From Deltaproteobacteria bacterium (GTDB taxonomy: Bacteria > Myxococcota_A > UBA9042 > DTJE01): a stretch of 64,000 nt of DNA. The first letter of the stretch is position 1. Every line of letters starts with the position of its first letter. The position numbers and the translations under genes were made by a program. The notes under the pieces were generated by a model. It was given only the letters and a program-made list of their open reading frames with translations, was not told where the DNA came from and did not search any database. The stretch spans positions 7,425 to 71,424 of the forward strand of contig JAKPTZ010000121.1 in the NCBI GenBank assembly GCA_029555025.1. Reading direction: 5' to 3'. Below, one piece after another: positions 58,465 to 64,000 of this stretch.

Positions 58465-59471
58465 GTCCGAACCCCGCCCGACTCGAATTCGTCCCAGCCC
58501 ATTTTTCGGGTGTATTCGGAAAATACACCGGTGCAAGGTTCGTTCCAGCGGCAGCGGCCGCACGTTTTTCCGTTCTTCTGCCTGTCGCTGCCGACGGACC
58601 CGCCGTAGGCCCCGGTAATCAGGTTGAATTCCGATTCGATCAGGTACGCGTCCAGGTTATAGCCCTCGTATCCCGGCATCAGGCAGTTCGGGATGTTCTT
58701 GAACCCGACGCCGACCCCGACCTCGCGTCCGCGGTCGATTGCGGCCCGTATCGCCGCCGCCGACTCGGACAGGGGCAGGAAGATGCGATCCATATCCTCC
58801 GAGGTGCTTCCGGCCGGCTTCATGCCGGAAAAAATCACGGTGGGCTTGTGGGAAATCGGCTTCAGGGCCGCCACCGAATCCACGTAGTTGTTCATGTGGG
58901 CAACGTTTGCCCTTGTGACCACGCCGTACAGGAACGTCTCTACGCCTGGAGTTCCCATCAGGTTCATAAGAGCCTTGAAAACAAGTTCCCCGCAGCGTGG
59001 ATTCCTGGAAAGCCACACGGTAGTCTCCGGATCGAAGTCGTCGATGGACAGGTGTACCGTCCGCATGCCGGCATTCACAAGGCTGGCAACGACCTTCGGG
59101 TAGGAAAGCATCAATCCGTTTGTCGTAAGCGTGATTTCGTTGATGCCCGACGCAGTAAGGAGCTGCATCGTATGCAGCAGATCCCTGCGAATCGTCGGCT
59201 CGCCCCCGACCAGCGCGCACTTGCGGAAATTCCAGCGGGCCGCCTTCCTGATGGTGTCGGCCACCGATTCCGGCGTGGCATAGTACTGGTGGCTGTGATC
59301 CAGGCAGCAGTACCGGCACGACATGTTGCAGACGTTGCCCAGGTTCAGGTGGAACACATGACTGCACATCCTGCTGAAGCGCAGCATGAAATCCACCGGG
59401 GAATCACATGCCGGAGTGTCGCGCAGAATGGTTACATCGACGGTGGGATCAAGAGTCTTCTGGTGATACAT
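58461..59471 (-). CDS. Radical-SAM enzyme with a C-terminal SPASM/twitch-like Cys cluster
   Basis: 'CNMSCRYCC' CxxxCxxC motif and C-terminal 'CGRCRWNEPCTG'. ATG at 59471 after GGGGGAA. Lies 100 bp downstream of the BMC-T gene on the same strand. Confidence 0.75.
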   Translation of the reverse strand: MYHQKTLDPTVDVTILRDTPACDSPVDFMLRFSRMCSHVFHLNLGNVCNMSCRYCCLDHSHQYYATPESVADTIRKAARWNFRKCALVGGEPTIRRDLLHTMQLLTASGINEITLTTNGLMLSYPKVVASLVNAGMRTVHLSIDDFDPETTVWLSRNPRCGELVFKALMNLMGTPGVETFLYGVVTRANVAHMNNYVDSVAALKPISHKPTVIFSGMKPAGSTSEDMDRIFLPLSESAAAIRAAIDRGREVGVGVGFKNIPNCLMPGYEGYNLDAYLIESEFNLITGAYGGSVGSDRQKNGKTCGRCRWNEPCTGVFSEYTRKMGWDEFESGGVRT

Positions 59472-59573
59472 CGGTTCCCCCGGCCGCACCCCCGAAAACG
59501 ATTATAGTCGCCGCCGTCGCCGTGGCCATAAAAAGTTGGGATGGGGCATTGGCAATGGGAAGGCTCTTTGTCG

Positions 59574-60179
59574 TCAGACAGGTGAGATACCGAGTGCGGC
59601 GATGAATTCGGGGTGTGGATTCGGTATGACTTCGGTGCCGAGCAGCCTGTCCTGGCCGATGCTTTCGGCCGCGGCCTGGATCGATGCCTCCACGTCGAAG
59701 AGGTCGCCGGAAAAAGCGAAGTAGCACTTGCCGCCGATGCCCGCCGAAAGGTGAATGACGTTTAACTTGACCATGGCCGCCTTCAATGCCGCGTCGGCCG
59801 ATCTGATGCCGGCGCACGAGGTCGAGCATTCCACGACACCCAGTGCTTCTGCCCCCGGGTCGGCCATGGGCCCGAAAACCCCGCGCTCAAGCTGCTCGTG
59901 TGCAAATGGAAGGAAAAACCTGTCAATCAGCTTGTCGCCTGCAAGCCTTTCGGCTTCCAGCAGCGATTCCTCGACCTCGGCAACGCTTCCGTCGATAAGT
60001 ATCAGGAATTTTCCCGGAGTCACGGTCGCGGCCAGGCATATGCGCGAGCGGGCCTTCTTGACAAGCGCGTCGATGCAGACGAAGCCCCGTGCGATCCCGT
60101 GTACTTCAATCCCCGCGAATGCCTCGGGGACGACCTGAAGGTCGGGCAGTGGAAAAAATCTGGCTGGTGTAAGGCTCAA
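59574..60179 (-). CDS. Tandem-BMC-domain shell protein (BMC-T, PduT-like)
   Basis: Two BMC-like domains (AGIEVHGIARGFVCIDALVKKA... and ALGVVECSTSCAGIRSADAALKAAMVKL...). TTG start 4 nt after GGAGG. Confidence 0.7.
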   Translation of the reverse strand: MSLTPARFFPLPDLQVVPEAFAGIEVHGIARGFVCIDALVKKARSRICLAATVTPGKFLILIDGSVAEVEESLLEAERLAGDKLIDRFFLPFAHEQLERGVFGPMADPGAEALGVVECSTSCAGIRSADAALKAAMVKLNVIHLSAGIGGKCYFAFSGDLFDVEASIQAAAESIGQDRLLGTEVIPNPHPEFIAALGISPV

Positions 60180-60216
60180 TTGGCCTCCGCAAAGGATCTC
60201 GCCCGAAAAGGGGGCG

Positions 60217-61656
60217 TCAGACGATCCTGAAATAGTCCTTGAGCACGCATCTGCGCTCGCGGGTGAAGTTGATTGCCGTGGTCATGCCTTCCCCGGTCGG
60301 GCTGGCAATCGTCCACGACGTATGACCCTCACCCATGAAACCGGTGCCGGCCAGCGACGGCGCGTTTTTCACGAAGATCGAGCAGTCGGCCGCGCGCGCG
60401 TACCGGTGCAGGTTTTCGATGTTCAGCGAATGCATCACGGCGGTATGCCGGAATCCGTGTTCAACCCGAAGTGCCGCCTTGATTCCCTCATCGACGTTTC
60501 GAACCCGGAACATCGGGATGATCGGCATCAACTGTTCGGCCTGAACCAGCGGGTGTTCCTCGTCGACTTCGCAGAATGCAATCCTGACATCGTCGGGAAT
60601 GTCGATTCCCACCTGCTTGAGGATGACCGAAGCGTTCCTTCCGACGAACGCACGATTCGGTTCGTGACCCTTCAATACGAGATCGACAAGTTTCGGCACG
60701 ACGTTGTCCCTGATGTAGTAGGCGCCGGCCCTGACCAGTTCCTGCTTCAGCCTGTCGGCAATCGCCTCGACCGCGATGATTTCCTTTTCGACGATGCAGA
60801 TGATGTTGTTGTCCATCCCCGCACCCTTGACGATGTCCCTTGCGGCATTAGGAAGTATGGCCGTTTCGTCAACCAGCGCCGGAGGATTGCCTGGGCCGGC
60901 CGCGATGCACTTCTTGCCGGTTCCCATCGCGGCCTTGACGAGGCCCGGGCCACCGGTGACGACAACAAGGCGCACGCCGCTGTGGCGCATCAGCCTGTCG
61001 GCCGATTCGATGGTCGGCTCCGGAATGACGCAGATAAGGTTGTCCGGTCCACCGGCCGCCATTACGGCCTGGTTCAACATCCTGACGGTATCGACCGTCG
61101 TCTTCTTCGCGTTCGGGTGGGGGTTGATCACGACAGCGTTGCCGCCGGCGATCATTCCGATTGCGTTGTTGATGATCGTTTCAGTCGGATTAGTGCTCGG
61201 CGTGATCGAGCAGATGACCCCGTATGGGGCGCGCTCGGTCAGGGTGAGTCCGTAATCGCCTGTCTGAGCCTTCGGCTGGAGGATCTCGATTCCCGGGGTC
61301 TTCAAGGCTGCAAGCCTGTTCTTGGCAATCTTGTCCTCGACGCGGCCCATCTTTGTTTCTTCGTGGGCCTTGCGCGCAAGCTCGGGCGCGTTCGCCACCG
61401 CAACATCCCGGATGGCCTGGATGGCATTGGCGCGAACCTCGAGTGAAAGACGCATCAACTGTTCGTGCGCCGCCTGGGCCGCCTGCACGCAGCCGTCGAT
61501 GTCATTGTGGACACCGAAGGTGCCTGGCTTGTTGACGTTGGTCACGATGGCCGGGCCCCGAACCGGGCCGTGTCCAGCCGGCAGGGCTCCCTCGTCCCGC
61601 AGGCGGGCCATCACCTGTTCCACGATTGAGGATATTTTCTGCTCTTCAACAGCCAT
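60217..61656 (-). CDS. CoA-acylating aldehyde dehydrogenase (EutE/PduP-type) with an N-terminal encapsulation-peptide-like amphipathic helix
   Basis: Aldedh fold with catalytic-Cys region 'NNIICIVEKE'. N-terminus 'EEQKISSIVEQVMARLRDEG' followed by a Gly/Pro linker. Confidence 0.85.
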   Translation of the reverse strand: MAVEEQKISSIVEQVMARLRDEGALPAGHGPVRGPAIVTNVNKPGTFGVHNDIDGCVQAAQAAHEQLMRLSLEVRANAIQAIRDVAVANAPELARKAHEETKMGRVEDKIAKNRLAALKTPGIEILQPKAQTGDYGLTLTERAPYGVICSITPSTNPTETIINNAIGMIAGGNAVVINPHPNAKKTTVDTVRMLNQAVMAAGGPDNLICVIPEPTIESADRLMRHSGVRLVVVTGGPGLVKAAMGTGKKCIAAGPGNPPALVDETAILPNAARDIVKGAGMDNNIICIVEKEIIAVEAIADRLKQELVRAGAYYIRDNVVPKLVDLVLKGHEPNRAFVGRNASVILKQVGIDIPDDVRIAFCEVDEEHPLVQAEQLMPIIPMFRVRNVDEGIKAALRVEHGFRHTAVMHSLNIENLHRYARAADCSIFVKNAPSLAGTGFMGEGHTSWTIASPTGEGMTTAINFTRERRCVLKDYFRIV

Positions 61657-61669
61657 TGTGGCCCCCTGG

Positions 61670-61957
61670 CTACTTCAGGTAGCGAGACCTGCCGTCGATC
61701 GCCAGTTCATCGACGATCGCCATGATCGTCGCGTCAACCGGACGATTCTTCGTCGCTTCAGTCTGCCTGGCCGACGAGCCGCTGGCATAAAGGACGACTT
61801 CACCAACGCCGGCGTCCAGAGAATCGGCTGCCACGACCATTTTGCCGGTCTCCTTCATGTTCTGATCCAGTTCGTTGACGACCAGAAAGCGGAGCCCGAC
61901 CAGATCCTCGTTTTTCCTGGTGGATACGACGGTACCCACCACGATTCCCATCATCAT
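61670..61957 (-). CDS. BMC vertex pentamer protein (BMC-P, EutN/CcmL family)
   Basis: '[27 protein letters not shown]...' EutN/CcmL fold. AGGGAGGA RBS. The ORF opens at 62038. Confidence 0.85.
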   Translation of the reverse strand: MMMGIVVGTVVSTRKNEDLVGLRFLVVNELDQNMKETGKMVVAADSLDAGVGEVVLYASGSSARQTEATKNRPVDATIMAIVDELAIDGRSRYLK

Positions 61958-62110
61958 GGCAGTCCTCCCTTCGGACTCTGGGTCCGACACGGCGCCCTGT
62001 GACGTTCGGGCGACCAGTGGTGCCCGATCACGGAACATCAGCAGGCAGGGCTTGTCCGGCCCGCCTGAACGGCAACCGCTTCAGGCCGGCCAAACGTATT
62101 CCCCGCGGGC

Positions 62111-62407
62111 CTACTTGCCGGCCTTCGCGCCCTGGCGGCCAAGCGGCAGGACTTCGTCGATGTTCGCGTGCGGACGCGGAATAACGTGAACGGAAACCAG
62201 TTCGCCAACGCGTTCAGCCTGGCGGGCGCCGGCCTCGGTCGCCGCCTTGACCGCGGCGACGTCGCCACGGACGATGGCGGTGTTGTAACCGCCGCCGATC
62301 TTTTCATAGCCGACCAGTTCAACCTTGGCCGCCTTGACCATGGCATCGGCCGCCTCGACCAGCGCAACAAAGCCCTTCGTTTCGATCATTCCAAGAGCAT
62401 CAGCCAT
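62111..62407 (-). CDS. BMC hexamer shell protein (BMC-H, PduA/EutM/CcmK-type)
   Basis: '[56 protein letters not shown]' canonical BMC domain. GGAGG RBS. Confidence 0.9.
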   Translation of the reverse strand: MADALGMIETKGFVALVEAADAMVKAAKVELVGYEKIGGGYNTAIVRGDVAAVKAATEAGARQAERVGELVSVHVIPRPHANIDEVLPLGRQGAKAGK

Positions 62408-62470
62408 CGTTAACCTCCAGAACTTAACAAAGCCCGTCGCGTCCGCGCGGGCACATCCAGTCGCCCGGCA

Positions 62471-63082
62471 TCAAACGCCGGACATCGATTTCAAAACCTT
62501 TATCGCCGCCTCGGCTGCCGAATCGATTTCGGATTCGGATCCCGAGAGCCATAGCCGTCCGTAAGCGCCGTGGGGATGAATTTCGACGAGGGAGACGTCG
62601 GCGGCCTTGAGTGCCTCGTTTGCCGCGATCGCCACATACCCCGCCGGTTCGGTTTCAAGAATGAACAGGCTCTGCCCGGGAAGGATCATCATGCCCCACG
62701 AATTTCTGTTGATGATCTGGGCCTGGAACGGTTCGATGGAACGAATAATCTGGGTCGATGTGATCACCGGCTTCATCCGGTCGTTCTCGGAAAGCTTCAG
62801 GTAGTCCAGGATCGCGGCGCCGGCACGCTCGACCTCGCCCTTGTCGAAATCGTGGAGTTCGACCACGCCGAAGGCCCGCTCCACCACCTGCATGCCAGGG
62901 GCCACCGTTGTTGCCTTCAGTGCCCGATCCGTGATCCTGTTGATGATGATTGCCGGCTGGACCTCGACGAACAGCGAGGCCTGCTCCGGCAGCGGCAGGA
63001 ATCCCTGGGCCGTCTTGCCCAGATAGGCCGCGAGTTGCGGCTGCAGGCTGTCGATGAATGAAAAGGTCCGCAGGGTAATCAT
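62471..63082 (-). CDS. Tandem (permuted) BMC-domain shell protein (BMC-T, PduB/EutL-like)
   Basis: Two permuted BMC-like repeats (…[25 protein letters not shown]… and …[25 protein letters not shown]…). ATG at 63082; the ORF opens at 63181. Confidence 0.65.
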   Translation of the reverse strand: MITLRTFSFIDSLQPQLAAYLGKTAQGFLPLPEQASLFVEVQPAIIINRITDRALKATTVAPGMQVVERAFGVVELHDFDKGEVERAGAAILDYLKLSENDRMKPVITSTQIIRSIEPFQAQIINRNSWGMMILPGQSLFILETEPAGYVAIAANEALKAADVSLVEIHPHGAYGRLWLSGSESEIDSAAEAAIKVLKSMSGV

Positions 63083-63335
63083 TTCAGTCGTCCAGGTCGC
63101 CACGCCCGGCCGGGCCGGTACTTCCGTCCGTTCCAGGGTCGTGGCCAAGACTCGCGGCAGATTATCACAGGAAGCGGCCACCAGTCGATAGCTATTGCGT
63201 GAAAAACAGTGTGTACGGATGTTCAGGCAAGATGCGTCTGGATCGGTTCCATGCGTGAGCCTGAAGGCCGGCGGTTCAACGGGTTACATCAAATCTATTG
63301 ACCTTGTCACCCCGCTGCGTGCAACATTCCGTGGT

Positions 63336-63349
63336 CAACGTTTCCGTTG
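63336..63349. promoter_or_regulatory. Inverted repeat CAACG-TTTC-CGTTG in the divergent BMC/rubrerythrin intergenic region
   Basis: 5-bp arms with a 4-bp spacer ~35 nt upstream of the rubrerythrin ATG. Nearby TGACC/GTCAAC half-sites. Confidence 0.2.
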
Positions 63350-63383
63350 TTTTTCAAGTCAACCGGATTCATGGAGGATCGAC

Positions 63384-63890
63384 ATGGGCAAGACGACAGA
63401 CAACCTGAAGGCGGCCTTTGCTGGTGAGAGCCAGGCCAGGAACAAGTACATCGCATATGGGCGCAAGGCCGAACTCGAAGGCATGCCGAACGTGGCAAAG
63501 CTCTTCCGGGCCGCAGCAGATGCCGAGGAAGTCCACGCCATCCGCCACTGGAAGGCCCTTGGAATGGTACGCGACACGTTGCAGAATCTCGAGGACGGGC
63601 TTGCTGGCGAAACGTACGAAATCGTCGATATGTATCCAGAATTCCTCGCCCAGGCCGAGAAGGAGCAGGAAATCACGGCGACCTATGCCTTCAAGGGCGC
63701 CCTCGAGGCCGAAAAGATCCACCAGAAGCTGTATGCCGCGGCCATCGAGGCGGTCAAGGCAGGCGCCAGGGACATCGAGGCATTCCGCGTATATACATGC
63801 GAGGTCTGCGGTTACACCCACGTTGGTGAACCGATCGAGAAGTGTCCGATCTGCTCTGTTCCGTGGACGAAGTTCCACGAAGTCCTGTAG
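63384..63890 (+). CDS. rbr: Rubrerythrin (ferritin-like diiron domain plus C-terminal rubredoxin-like CxxC...CxxC)
   Basis: 'KAAFAGESQARNKYIAYG...EEVHA' diiron motifs and 'CEVCGY...CPIC' rubredoxin-type domain. GGAGGA RBS. Confidence 0.85.
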   Translation: MGKTTDNLKAAFAGESQARNKYIAYGRKAELEGMPNVAKLFRAAADAEEVHAIRHWKALGMVRDTLQNLEDGLAGETYEIVDMYPEFLAQAEKEQEITATYAFKGALEAEKIHQKLYAAAIEAVKAGARDIEAFRVYTCEVCGYTHVGEPIEKCPICSVPWTKFHEVL

Positions 63891-64000
63891 GGAAGATGCA
63901 CCGTTCCCGTCAGCGTCGAACCCTGCTCATGTCGAATGACGCGATGACCGGCGCATGATCCGACGGCTTTTCCATGGCTCGTTCCGCACGGTCGATTCTG

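Noticed and set aside
1-64000. Search for tRNA/rRNA genes, IS elements, integrases and CRISPR repeats
   Set aside because: No cloverleaf-like conserved tRNA elements, transposase or integrase motifs, or regularly spaced direct repeats were seen. Intergenic regions are short and promoter-like.

Overview
This is a high-GC (~65%) window from a delta-proteobacterial/Myxococcota-like chromosome and is almost entirely protein-coding. The family indications are lipoboxes, Cys-rich repeats, a MYXO-CTERM-like tail and an HO-type microcompartment locus. I found no rRNA, tRNA, CRISPR array or obvious mobile element. Many long ORFs in the six-frame track are antisense shadows of real genes and are rejected below.

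Main content, left to right:
- A LarB-like gene at the left edge, with a divergent HD-domain protein (RelA/SpoT-type hydrolase motifs, large insertion).
- A split class I Fe-S fumarate/tartrate hydro-lyase (alpha and beta subunits) and a phasin-like protein.
- A lipoprotein, then ispD and a ROK sugar kinase with overlapping stop/start.
- cinA/pncC, a hypothetical, recA and alaS.
- A 1394-aa IPT/TIG lipoprotein.
- A complete type II secretion cluster, gspC-D-E-F-G-H-I-J-K-L-M-N (19.0-33.9 kb), preceded by a candidate sigma-54 promoter.
- A tightly coupled three-gene minus-strand operon: secreted protein, 71-aa Cys-containing peptide, ATP-grasp ligase.
- A LysM/LAS peptidase, two lipoproteins, purE, then rnc, an MtaB-like methylthiotransferase and smpB.
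- An S8 protease with a MYXO-CTERM-like tail, an ADP-forming acetyl-CoA synthetase and polA.
- A Cys-rich/poly-Gly lipoprotein, trmB and a membrane-anchored HdrD-like Fe-S oxidoreductase.

The most interesting region is at the right end, a bacterial microcompartment (metabolosome) locus on the minus strand. It encodes BMC-T, BMC-H, BMC-P, a CoA-acylating aldehyde dehydrogenase with an N-terminal encapsulation-peptide-like helix, and a PduT-like BMC-T. It has no phosphotransacylase, alcohol dehydrogenase or recognisable signature enzyme. Immediately downstream, on the same strand, is a translationally coupled radical-SAM/SPASM enzyme, NAD epimerase and flippase-like membrane protein unit. A rubrerythrin gene is divergently transcribed from the locus. 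This looks like a Haliangium-type BMC of unknown function with a candidate new enzyme partner.
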